From Sphagnum compactum (Eukaryota): a stretch of DNA of 64,000 nucleotides. The position numbers were made by a program, and so were the translations under genes. Location: positions 8,670,213-8,734,212 of the forward strand of contig OZ234493.1 of assembly GCA_965153455.1 (NCBI GenBank), written 5' to 3'. The notes beneath the pieces were generated by a model. The model ran no database searches and was not told where the DNA came from. It saw nothing but the letters and a program-made list of their open reading frames with translations. Positions 1-12,692 of the stretch are shown here, one piece after another; positions within the stretch are counted from its first letter, which is position 1, and each line of letters opens with the position of its first letter.

Positions 1-219
1 ACACATTGCGACTATTGTTTGATTTGACTACATTTCAACTACATTTGGGCATCTTAAGTTTGCAAGTGGCTTGTTGCACTAATTAATGGTCAATATTATT
101 CATAATTGTTACGTTCACCATGTTGTTCACTTATGAATATAATTTGGATTTTATTTAATTATTTAGTAATTTCAAATTGTTGATGTGGAAATTGAGGTAA
201 CCTTTAACTTTATTTACAC

Positions 220-900
220 AATGCATTATAATGGGTAAGTGATTTTTTTGACATTTTTAAAATTTTCAACATGGTACATGAGTTGAACTATTTATTTTTA
301 ACATGTTGAAACCATTACTTAGTAGTTGCATTTTACACTTACCATAATTTATTACAACACATGCAACAATTTCAAACCCTACATTTGTATTGGAAGGAAT
401 TAATGATTATCTTCACATCTTTTCAATTATTAAAGTTGAACCATTCATTTTTAATATATTAAAACCATTATTCAAAAATTATATTTTTCATTTATTATAA
501 TATATTAAAACACATGTAATTCAATATATTGCAATTATATTTGAATGGTTTACTGAATTTTTTCACATTTATTGACCTATCAACATTTTTATATGAGTCG
601 AATCATCCACTTTGAGCTTATTGAAGTCATTATTCAAATATTACATATTGCACTACTAATATTTATTGAAACACATATAACAACTTAATGTCTCACATTT
701 ATATTTGAATGGGTTAGTGATTTTTTTTGTATCTCTTGAACTATTGAACTGGGCACATGAACTGAGTCATTCACTTTGAATAATGTTAAATCCACTATTC
801 ATGAATTGCATTTTGTATTCATTAGAATTTTTTTAAATAGATGTTTAAAAATGTGCGAAGTCTCACATTTATATTTGAATGCGTTAATGATTATGTTAAA
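220..900. repeat. Degenerate tandem repeat, unit ~155-170 bp, ~4 copies
   Basis: Recurring motifs (RAGTTGAACYATT..., AAACCATTA..., AACACAT..., CACATTTATATTTGAAT..TTA.TGATT) anchored at about 280, 433, 594 and 764. Confidence 0.6.
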
Positions 901-1479
901 ATGTTCTGCATGCAAAGTTTAAGATGCTTGTAAATTTTTAATTATATATTTTTCATATATTAAATTGTTGTAAATTTATGTAAATTAGAATGTATATTCT
1001 TCCCCTAGTTTGTTTTAGGCACCATGGACAAATTTATTATAATGAATGTTCATGATGTCACACCAAAAAAACCCCCTAAAATATTCCCTAAAATCCCCCC
1101 CTCCTTTTTTTCCTTGGTGTATGAAAAAAAATCCATGTTAAAAAAATGAATTAAAAAAGTTAAATATTATTATTATGAAAATTTATCAATATTTTATACT
1201 TATTATTTTTATTTTAAACATGGTTGATCAAAATTTCAAGCTTGTTTTATTACAAGTTTATGTTTAAATATTTGGAGATGAATTAAAAAATTTCATTTAA
1301 AAATTAAATAAAAATAAATAAATGGTAATAATAATAATGACATTGATGATGTTTTTATTTTTTTCAATTTTGTAAAGTTTTTCAAGATCATCCATAAGAA
1401 AATTTCACCATGTTTTGGTTATAAGCCATATATGGAACTACAAATTTGTTAAAATATTGTTGTATTTTAGCTACAAGTC

Positions 1480-3202
1480 CTAAATACTAATGTAAAATTA
1501 TATCATTAAAAAAATATAAATATATAAAAAGAATTTAAAAATGTTTTGTTGATGTTGATGGCCTTTTCTTATGTTTGCAAAATGGTGGAAATTCATAAAA
1601 AAATAAAAATCAATTACATCATTAATATTTATTTTGAAATCAAAAAAATGGAACTTAAACATTTTCAAGTAAATTTGATGTTGGATTTTTTTGTGTGTTT
1701 AATGTTTTAGTTATTAAAATTAATTTTAAACTTTTACTCATTAGGAATAACCTTTAAAAAAAAACTTTATGATCTCAAACTTTTTGTTCTTGTTTACATT
1801 TTTCTTAACTTGCACTATTTTTTTTTCATTTTTTCCCGAACAAGAATTGCCAAGTTAAGAAAATTTGAAACCAAAAAAATATGTTGGTTTTTGGGGTGGG
1901 GAGGTCCAACTATTTAAGCCAAAATTTCACCAAATTAATTTTTTTTTAAAAAAAAATTAAAAGGAAAAAATGTGAAATATATTCTTACATCATCAAAAAA
2001 AAAATTGCAATTTTTTTTCAAAGTTAGGTAATTAATTATTTGTATTATTGTATGATTAATCTTACTAAAAAAATATGGTCTTGATAATTAAATGGTTATA
2101 TTGACTACTTAATTAATGTTTGTTCTTGTGGCCAATTTTTGCCAATTTAAAAGGGCAACAACATTATTAAAAAAAAAATTGAAATTTTTTGTGAAATTTA
2201 AAATGTATATTGTCAAATTTTTACAATAAACATAGTAAGTAACCATAATATTGAAGGTTTTAAACAAGTTTTTAACTACACAACTTATTTATAACCAAAT
2301 GTGGCAATTGTTTTATGGATGATTACCATTTTAGCAAATTGCAAAAATAAAGAAATAAATTCTACCTAATCATATATTGGGGAAAATAAAAATATGCAAC
2401 TCCACAAAAAATGGACATATTATATGTATTGAAAATAAAATTGTAAAAAATTTGATGAATGCATTTTTGGATTGACATTGAATTTATAAAAAATTTATAT
2501 CAATTTAAACAAATAACAAATTGTAAATTTATTCTTGACATGCAATTTCAAGTTATTTTTAGAATTTTATTTTTTGTAAATTTATATTATTTAAATATAT
2601 TATTAGTTAAAATATGTTTATATTTTGATTACAAGTATTAGAACCCATTGTAGAATTATGTCATTTTAAAATTTTAAAAATAAAATTTAAAAAAATGAAA
2701 ACTATGTATTAAAAAAACTCCTTTGTTGATGTTGATGGCCCTTTTTATGTTTGCAAAATGATGGAAATTCACGACAAGAAAAACCTTTGGTTACATAATT
2801 AATATTTATTTTAAATTTTCAAAAAAATTGGATAAGGTTTATGATGATCTCAAAGATTGACTTTAAATGTTTCCAAATAAATTTGACATTGGAATTTTTT
2901 ATGTGTTTAAGGTTGGAATGATTATAATTATTTTATAATTTTATTCATTAGGAGTAACTTTTTTTTTTTCAAATTTCTGATTTCGGTTTCTTGGCATGTT
3001 GTTTATTGTTTACATTGTTTTTGTTGAATTTGCAAATTTTTTTCCATTTTTTTCCAATAAAAAATTTCAATCAAAAAAAATTTGAAACCAAAAAAACATG
3101 TTGGTTGGGGGGAGGGTGGGGGGCAGGGTAATCTAACTATTTAAACCCAAAATTTCACCAAATTAAATTGTGAAACAAATGTAAAATATATTCTTACATC
3201 AT
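1480..3202. repeat. AT-rich direct repeat with ~1.18 kb period; second copy cut at ~3202
   Basis: ~1541-1993 aligns with ~2721-3202 (TTGTTGATGTTGATGGCC, TTTGAAACCAAAAAAA.ATGTTGGTT, AATATATTCTTACATCAT). The continuation of the unit (2034-2165) reappears reverse-complemented at ~9710-9843. Confidence 0.8.
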
Positions 3203-4512
3203 TAGAAGAAACTATGTTGGTCCTCATGGGATAAAAGAAATTCAAGAAGCATCTTGCGATATTTAACGTTAAAGTTTCGTATGATTCCAAAGTCCAAAGT
3301 ATAATTCGTATGGGTCCTTGCTGTCGTGTTTGGTGGAAGGAAAATAAGTTTGACATTGGAAAGCTCCATTTCTGGATGACAAGGAACGTTGTCGAGAAGA
3401 ATAAAGGCCTTCCGATTCTTGATTTGCATTTTGGCATTGAATTTCTGAAAATATTCCAGAAATATCGTTTCTGTCATCCATGCTTTGGAGTTTGCCTTCC
3501 AGATGACTCGATGAGGCAATTGTTTGTTGAAAGCTCATGGCATCTGCAACTTGCCAATCACCAGTGGCTTAAACTTCTCACCAGCTGCTAAACAGAGAAG
3601 AGCAATGGTAAGTCTTTCCTTGGCCAGCTTGGCTGCTTTGCACTTTTTTCCTTGCAATACCAAGTTGCGGTTTGGCACACCTTTCTAGAGAAGTTCAGTT
3701 TCGTCAACGTTCCAGATATCCCTTGTGTCATAGCCTTGAATAATGTTGGGCAAGTTTTGTTTCCAGTGGTTGACGACATTTTCGTCCATTCCAGCGCTTT
3801 CTCCAAACAGCAAACAGAATTGTATACAGTGGCATTTGCGAAACGCCTCCAACCAACCATTCGATGCCCTGAAATCGTTCAAACCAATGTTGGCCGCCAC
3901 TTGTAGAGCTTTGGTTTGCAAAATTCGGCCAGAAACGAGAATGTTTCGACAATGAGCGTTTGGCGAACCATTCGTAAACTCTTTCATCTATGACCTTGCC
4001 GTTGCTGCTGACTTGCGCAAGTCTTTTCTGAGAAAGACTTGTGAATTCAGAAATAGAACTTATAATCCCGCTCTTGTTCTTTTTCCAGTTGACAATCGTA
4101 CCAACAAAAACAGAGTACTTTGCAACGCAAGCTCTCACAGACATCCCACTATCCAAATCTTGCAATGCTTTGGCCTTCTCCGCTAATGTTTTCTCGGTAT
4201 ACTTTCTCTTCCCACTGATGGTTTGAGTCTCTCTTCTCTTTGAGCAACACTTGAATGCTTTACAGCTACTGTACGACGAAATCTGAATGAATTGTGAAAT
4301 GACTGTCGTATTCACGGAGTGACTCACGGAGGTGTTCAATGTGACGAGGACTATTTCAGTGGAGCGTTTCAGAATCTGTGTTCAATGTTCAAAGTTATGG
4401 GGTTCATTCTGAGAAAGTGTATTAATATGGCCAAAATCATCGTGCGTCACGAAATGTTCAATGTAAAGAGGGGTTCATTCAGAACGAGTGTTCAATCTGA
4501 CGGTTTTCACTG
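3203..4512 (-). mobile_element. pogo/Tigger-family (Tc1/mariner superfamily) DNA transposon, 5' half, frameshifted transposase
   Basis: Overlapping minus ORFs give a psq-like HTH (KRKYTEKTLAEKAKAL...GTIVNWKKNK), a CENP-B-type HTH (VYEWF...LQTKALQVA...FRASNGWLEAF) and DDE_1 motifs (IWNVDETE, WKANSKAWMT, LLDNVPCHP, FLPPNTT, LDFGII). The TIR at 4488-4512 ends in CACTG followed by TA. Confidence 0.9.
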
Positions 4513-4514
4513 TA

Positions 4515-4900
4515 TGTACAACTATTATAATTAGTCTTGAACCTTATGCATCAAATGCTAAGTTCCAACATTTCATACCTAGACTTAAATAACATTTCTT
4601 TACTTTGCAGATACCATTGAAAAGGGGGTTTGTGGTGAAAGGAGGCCCAAAGACAGGGTGATTTTACTAAAAACTTTAGTATATACACGTACACACCCCC
4701 AAAACATTTACACAGGTCCCTGTAAATGTATTTGACAAATATTTACACTGGCCTCATGAAAAGCGTATGTGTATGAACATATATATACATGCCAACAGTG
4801 TAAGTGCAAAAAGTTCAGATGTGTAAGTGCAAATGATTTACACTTACGTAAGATTTACACATTGTATATGTGTCTATTGACACTTACACGCACAACATTG
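4515..4900. mobile_element. Non-autonomous hAT-like element, arm 1 (inverted)
   Basis: Terminal TTACACGCACAACATTG (4884-4900) is followed by GTTTCAAC, the reverse complement of GTTGAAAC. Many subterminal TTACAC/GTGTAA motifs. Confidence 0.8.
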
Positions 4901-5739
4901 GTTTCAACTTAAGATTAAATTAACCTCATCATACTATTTTATGTATCCCCTTTGTGTGAACAGTAGGGAGGTTAAGTTTATTTTTTAAATTTTAATCATT
5001 GCAACCCCTAAATCAAGAAAGAATTAAATGAAATGAAAATATACTTACTAACCCTTTGTGTGAATCTAGTTTTGTAAGTGTAAGATCCATCACATTTTTG
5101 AGGAATAAACATATACACCTCCTCTTTTCTAAAGGGGATATTCACCAATGTAAGGCTCATTCCAAATGCACTATGAAGTTTCTCTAAATGCTTTAAGATT
5201 TTTTAAAGGATCTTTAAATACGATTTTGAGTCTTGTTGTATGTGGTGGGTTCGCCAACACATATTGATAAATGGAAATTTGCAATTTGGAAATTTTTCCT
5301 CTTTCTTTTATCTCCATTTAAACATTAGATTACATTCGAAATAATGCAAGTTGAAATATTGGTTGAGTTGCATGTGAAGAAATAGGCATTGAATCAAAGG
5401 AACCATGTGAAGTACATGTGCAAACAAAATGATTAGACATACAAAGTGAATTCATGGTAAAAGAACTTGAATTTTGTCAAGGCATCAATGTCAAAGTGTA
5501 GTATAAGGAGACTACATTGATGAGGTCTAGAAAGGAATCAAGCATTTTTCTACAATAATTTGTCAAAATGATTATGTACACGGTGTTAGGCTGACTTATT
5601 CTTGCCATATGTGTAAATGTGTATTTTAATTCATATCAAAGTTCTAAGGGTGAATGAAATTGTCCTAAAGACCATATTGACAATTTATTATCACATGCTA
5701 GCTTGGAAGTTGAAGGAACCTTGCTCAAAGATTATAGTA

Positions 5740-6735
5740 ACAATCATAAAATTAAAATTTTAAGATCAATTTAACTATTAGAGTGAATTCCATAAAAAAA
5801 TTCAAATGATTACAAGAATTATATTGATAAAACTTGATCCTAAAAATGACAACTATTTATTGTGTAGAATCATTTTAAATAGTACAATATACTCTTTGTC
5901 ATTGTAGACTTTTAAGAATAATAATTTAACTTTTTTTTCCTTTTTTTTTAACAATTTATAAATCATAGGTATAATTAATAAAAATATGAGCTAGGTAATG
6001 CAAGTGGCATCGTAATATTTGGGTATCTTTAAAAAATTATGGTTTTTTTTTTTGAACTAACATTATATAACCTTGTATTAATCGAGAGCTTTTTCCTTGG
6101 GCACAAGGTTCTAATAATTATATTCAAAAGAATATTATTTCGATACCTTTTCAAACAACTGCCTACATGGACATGAAAAAGGCACATTAACATGTGGTTT
6201 TAATGTCCCTTTTCATGTCCATGGTATATAGAAAAATCAATTTTAATGAAAAACAATTGGAATACATGTGAGAACCACATGGGAACATACAAGGTAAATT
6301 AAAAAGGGGAAGCAAAAATTTTGCTCAAATTTGGGATCTTGTTCAAAGAATACACTCATGATCATAAAATTAGAAAAAAATAATTAATTTAACTATTAAA
6401 ATACATTCCATTAAATTCTTTAAATTTTATGCCGATAAAAATTATTAGAAATATTTTTCATGTAAGATGGGTTTTAAAATATTACAATAGATTATTTGTC
6501 ATTGTAGATGTTTAAAAATAATAATTTGTCTGATTTACTCATCTATTTATTTACAATATATAAATCATAATTATAAATAATGGAAATAAGAGTTAATGCA
6601 AGTGGCACCATAATAATTGGATATTATAAATAAATAAACGTTTGAATTATATTTAATTATAAAATCCTGGAATTGACACTATAACCTTGGATCAATCCAA
6701 AGTTTTGTTCCCAACCATGGGGTTCTAGTTTATTA
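5740..6735. repeat. Two diverged ~380 bp direct repeats (~5740-6120 and ~6360-6735)
   Basis: Shared blocks ATCATAAAATTA, AATTTAACTATTA, TTTGTCATTGTAGA, TATAAATCATA, TAATGCAAGTGGCA, TATAACCTTG in the same order. Confidence 0.7.
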
Positions 6736-9700
6736 TAAGATTTTTTTTGAAATTCTCTAAAAACTTTTAATGCATTTGTGAGATGTTATATTGTTTATCA
6801 CATAGAATCATTAATGTTATACCCTTGATAATGAATTTGACATTTTAACTAGTTATTAAAACAAACTTTCAATGTTGTATTACTACCAACCAATGATTTT
6901 AGTTGGTGAGGCGGTTTCAAGATTATCCTTGTAATTTTTAATTCACAATGAAGATTTTTTATTGGTGGATTTTCATATGACATAAAACTCAATGCATTTG
7001 TTTGTCCAATGATAATGATCACTAGTCCAAATCATTCATAGTTTATTTTTCCCAAAGATTTTATGATTTTATATTTTTCAATACATCAAATTTGACCATC
7101 AATTTGAAATTTTGGATATTCATTATAATGTTATCCCACATTTTGCTATTGGTCTTTTTAAATGTTTCTGAAAAATGGGAATAAAATTGAACCTAATGTT
7201 TACCATAAATATTGTACAACTTTATATCTTGGATGCAAACTAGATCCATGATAAATGTTGTATGTTTGCTAAAATAGAATGTGATTTTTTCACAAAATGG
7301 GTTCCAACTCATGACATGTGTGAAATAAACTTTTTCTATTCATTGATCACAATGTACATATATGTGGTGTTTATTGTGACATATATTACATTTGTGCAAC
7401 ATGTGGCACAACTTAATGTTAAATTAAAATTTCAATGTAATATTTGACACAATAAATACCACATATTATACACATGTGTGATAAACCATGGCCTATTGCA
7501 TGAGAAAAACCACATTTCGTTGGTTACCATGGCAATGGCTAATACTATCAAACTAATAAAATCACAGAAATGAAACATGCACACAATTGGTATCCAAGGT
7601 TTTAGGCTTGCTTGAAAAACTAAAGACATTTATCATAAACTTACTCATTTCATTAATTCGTTCAAAATTCACACAAAACTTATTATTTCATGGGGTTTTT
7701 TTTTTTTTCCACACAAATGTCGTGCATTTAAAACACATATGACACATGTATAAGTAAAATGAAATATTTTCAATCATGACTTGATAATGAAAATTGTGCA
7801 CAATTCATTACTTCATTGGTAAGTGTTTTTACACATGAACGTTGTGCATTTAAAACATGTATGATGCACATATATTAAGATAAAATATTCCAAATATTTT
7901 CATTTTACTTATACATGCATCATACGTGTTTTAAACGCATAATATATATGTGCAAAAATCACAAACCCATGAAATAACAAATTTTGCACCATTTCCAGTA
8001 TCAAATTATGAAATGGGAAATTTGTGTTAAATTGTGAATACTTCAAAGAAATTCCTCTTGAAATTCTCACAATTAGTTTTATGCCAAAAAATCAAAAAAA
8101 TAAACCCCCTCACACATGTGTCCCTTGGATGTATTGTTAATGAAATAGAAAGGTTGATGTTAGTGTTGATCTAGTACATATAGGTTGATTCATGGTATTA
8201 GCAATGGTACCAACATTGGTATTAAAACTCCAATCAACTCAATATTTATTTACTTGGTATCTTTTTCATATTAGTAAACCTTTGGTATGTCTTTTGCAAA
8301 AACCCATTTGATACCAAACCAACATGGTTTCACACTTTCAATACCAAAATTCATACTAATGTTTAGGGTTTATTGTAGCCATCTCCCTTAATATCAATAT
8401 TTGTTTCACACACACGTGATTCATCATTCTTTTTTTGAATCGTATGATGTGATGTTGAATCAAAAGTTGATGGCAACAACATTTTGAAATTAAAATATGA
8501 CATTTTTTTTTTGTCAACATCCACTTCCAACTTCAATGTAGGTTGAGCACAAGTTTGCTAAAGATTCCCCAAATCTTATAAATTTAATCCATTCCTTATT
8601 GAGGATTGCTTTAGTTTCGTGTTTTTATTTTCAATTTGTACTTCACATGTTAAAAGTTGTGAACTACAAAAAGTGAGTGAAAAGGCCTATATGTTGCAGT
8701 GATTTTATTTTGGTGGTGGTTTATATTTATATTATGGATATTTTTCATTGCTCTTATTGTCATTGTAATGATATCCATGTAGACCGAAAGCTAATGTGCA
8801 TTGTGAAGGTTTTGTGCATTGTCACAAAAATAAATCTTGTCTTTTTTCACTACCCATTAATTTTTATTTTTATTTTTTTCGAATCATGGAGTCATGGATT
8901 ACATTTTTCTCACAACATGCCATGATAAATTTACATGCTATGAAAATATATTATTTTTATATTATTTTTCAATTTTGTCAACAAAAAAGTTTTGGCACCA
9001 TTTAAGCATGATGTACAATGTTTGTTTATTCACCATAATGTATAAATCTTTAATACATTTGTACAAGATTCATTAAAGCATGTATACATCAAGGATTGAA
9101 CTCTAAACTTCATGGAAACACAATAAGGCCTTAACCACCAAACCACTTCAAAATTTTATTAACAAAGGTGAAAAAATTTAATTTATCTTGTTTGGCATGA
9201 AATTGTTTAAACAATTCAAACTTTAACATACATTTTCTTTTGCAAAATGTATTCGAAAGCAACAAATGAAAAGATGATCTTGAAGGTTATTCAATAATGT
9301 ATTCTGACAAATTATTATAATTTACGAAAATTAAATATATAATGAAAAAAATCAAAATATTATTTCATAAATAAATCAATAAATATGTTTTTGTTTAAAT
9401 TGACCTAAAATCATTATAAACTCAATGTGAATTCAAAAGTGCATTTATTAAGTTTTTTATATAAAAAACTCATTACATAAAATATGTCCATTTTTTGAAG
9501 ATTTGCAAGTTATTATTTTCCCCAATATGATTAGGTGTATTTTATATTTTTTTAAAGAAGATTGCCATATTTGGTTATAAACAAGTTGTGTAGTTGGAAA
9601 CTTGCTTAAATATTTTAATGTTATGATTATTTATGATATTTTATTGTAAAAATTAACAATATATATTTTAAGTTTGGCTCAATTTTTTTTTCTTTCAAAA

Positions 9701-9844
9701 AAATATTTTTTGATGTTGTTGCCCCCTTAAATTGGCAAAATTTGGTCATCCAAAGAAACATTAATTAAGTAGTAAATATAGCCATTTAATTATCCATACC
9801 ATATTCGTTTAATAAGATTAATCATACATTTATATCAATGATTT

Positions 9845-10455
9845 GCTTTAGCTGATGCTATAAAAAAGGTAAATGTTGGTGATGCCGTTGACTAGGTCTT
9901 TCAAAGCTGGGACCAAGTCGTTGCTTCAACCATTAAAAACTGCTTCCGAAAGGCAGGTCTAAATGAAGATGCAGCAGAACCAGAACAAGATGACCGACCG
10001 GCTCGATTAAGAAGAGATGTTCCATCTTGTTAGAGTAGCAAGAATAAAAGTGGAGGAAGAAACTGTAATTGAGGACATTCTAGCTTTTGATACTTTGGAT
10101 GATGGTTGGGAAGAAGTGATCTTGTTTGCGCCACAGGTGGAACTTGAGATTGAAGAGGAAGAACTAGAAATTCTACTACCCAAGCCAACAGTCACGGAAG
10201 CGTTAAAAGCACTTCGAATTCTTTTGGATTTTATAGCAACTGAGCAGCTGGATGAAGTCACTCCACTGTTGTCACAAATGCGCAAGCATCTCGTAAAACA
10301 TCGAATGCAAACGTCCAAGACTGTGACAATCGATCGGTTCTTTCACAAAACCCAATAAAACACTAATTTTTACTGTCACTCTTAAAATGAACACCTTCTT
10401 ACTTTGAACACTTTGAACTGAACATAGGGGTGTTCAATCCAGGCAGGTTTCACTG
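9845..10455 (+). mobile_element. pogo/Tigger transposon, 3' half of the same element, in opposite orientation
   Basis: Reads LADAIKKVNVGDAVD*VFQSWDQVVASTIKNCFRKAG, then an acidic tail ending QTSKTVTIDRFF (stop 10358), typical of a Tigger C-terminus. TIR GTGTTCAATCCAGGCAGGTTTCACTG at 10430-10455 plus TA matches the TIR at 4488-4512. Confidence 0.88.
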
Positions 10456-10457
10456 TA

Positions 10458-11175
10458 TAGGAATAGTGAAATTATATGTAACAACTATGTACGCGTTAAG
10501 GAAAAAAAGGAAAGACAAGGTGAATTTAGTTTGTCACAATAATTGATGGTTTTCTAAATCCACCCTTGGCTTTGAATGCTAATGTATTTTGTTTAGGTGG
10601 TTTGTTTTTTTTTTTGGGTGGTGTGGTGAATCTCACCTTCTTTATGACCAAACTCAGGGTTCTACCTAGTGTTGTGTTTTCCTAACTTTAGAGATAATTA
10701 TACTATATGCCCTTAATGATCATACCTTTTTGCAAATTTATATTAATTAATTATGAGTGCATGTTTTGATTTTTAAAAAAGTTATTAGTTTTTTGCAATG
10801 GGTCATTTGGTTGGCCTATCATCAAAAAATTATGAAATTCTTCTTTCTCAAATAAAAATCACATTTTCTTACATTGTTTTACATTTACATTATTTAGCAC
10901 GGTCATATAAAATTATATAAGTGTATTTGTTTTACGCTTACATTATTATTCACAATTGCATAAAATCATATAAATATATTTATTTTTAGACTTAAAACAA
11001 TTTTACACTTGCACTTACACATTTCATGTTCTACATTTACACTTACATGAATATAAATAAATATTAAACGCTGACACAAAGTGTAAATAAATTTAATTAT
11101 GGGACTTACACTTACATGAAGTGTAAGTCCCAAATGGTAAGTGTAAGTCCTAAACCATTTACACGCACAACACTG
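10458..11175. mobile_element. Non-autonomous hAT-like element, arm 2
   Basis: Terminal TTACACGCACAACACTG (11159-11175) is followed by the 8-bp GTTGAAAC (11176-11183). Dense subterminal TTACAC/GTGTAAGT motifs. Confidence 0.8.
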
Positions 11176-12360
11176 GTTGAAACATTTTTATTGATGGGTT
11201 TTCCAAACTATGCAAAAAGTTTGGGCAGATCGGGGAAACTTAAGAATTATTTTTTCCATGCTGCACAATAAATTTGGGCACTCTAAAGAATTCCTGAGAA
11301 ATGTTTACCAAGATGCTTGAATTTGTTTTTGGCAGTTTAGGAATTCGTACATTGCCCAATAATTTCGGGCAGGTGATATAAGATGAAAAAAATTCATTTC
11401 TGTTAAAAACAATTTGGAACTCAAAAAATCCTGGATGTTCAAAAAGATTTGGGAGAAAAAATTTCCAGGATGCTTGAAAGCATATCGGGCAGTTTTGAAT
11501 TTCATGCTGCCCTGGAATATTCATTGCCTGCCCAGGAATTTTGAGCACTCTGGGAAAATTCTGATGCTCGAAAGTTTTTGGTCATTTGAGAATTTTATGC
11601 TCCCCGAAAATTTCGGGCACCTTATAAAGGTTGATGAGAGTTTTCATTTTTTTTCCCAAACATTTTTGGGCACTCTGGAAACAGCCTGACACTCCAAAAA
11701 AATTAGGGCAGTTTGGAAATTGCATTCTGCCCAATAAATTAGGGCAGATTATAAAGAATGAATTATTTTGGGGTTGCTGCCCACAATTCTGCGTGCTCTC
11801 TGACATGAGAGAGAGAGTATGGTGGTGAACAACATCAGAAGCCCTTGTGAGAGAACATGAGGGCTTTGTAATCATGGGGGTCAAATTTAACCTCCTTATT
11901 CCACCCTAACTTGATCACAAATCTAGGAAAACTGAAGATATTTTAACCTTGAGGTTAAGGTATCCCAATGCATTCATCCCCCTCTTAACCCCAATGCCAC
12001 ATCATTTGCCAAGTCAGTTTTTTCTACTTTTGTACAAATGGGATAACATTGGGTTAGTTTATTCTCTTAGTTTATTCCTTTTATACAACCTCTGTGTGAA
12101 TACAGCATGAGGGATATTATATCTACTCCTTGGTGTGGGTTATGTGGGTTGGCCACTGGGTTGGTGGGCCACCAGTTCCTCTTCTTGTTCCACTTTAATT
12201 TTAGCAAGCAAATTAAAGCACTCAACCCTGGCGACACCTGTTACACTTTGAACAGGGCCCTAAATCAAACAGAGCCATTGTTACCTCAAGAAACACCACT
12301 TGGCACTCACTCTTACAAACTTAACTTATCACACTTCTTAGTACCCTACTACCCTAATAA

Positions 12361-12692
12361 TGCCCACTTTAGACGAGGGTCAAGGGTCCAATTTCCTAGG
12401 AACCAATTTGGACTGATTTGAAGCAATTTGACTCCTTGAGTTCGACTGTACCTTGGTCCCTAGCCTGGTTCTTGGTTCTCCAATCCAGGAGCTCTTCTTT
12501 TAGCATTGTTTTTTGGTCTGAACCAATTGATTTTCCCTCCAAAACAGGTGCCCCCTAGGTTTAGCCTCAATTTGCCACTTTTTGGTCTTGGAACCTCGTC
12601 TAAAAGCCTTGGGACCAATTTAAAGCTTTCGACCAATAAGATTGCTGGAATTCATTGGTCCCTGGACCTTGGACCCTCTTCTAAAGTCGCCC
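12361..12692. mobile_element. Tourist/PIF-Harbinger-like MITE, copy 1
   Basis: ~25 bp imperfect TIR (..CACTTTAGACGAGGGTCAAGG / CCTTGGACCCTCTTCTAAAGTCGCCC), flanked by TAA at 12358-12360 and 12693-12695. Highly similar to 45762-46095. Confidence 0.85.

Noticed and set aside
11220-11790. GGGCA/TGCCC-rich segment with internal repeats
   Set aside because: Likely a dispersed repeat, but termini and TSD could not be defined. Its ORFs look spurious.
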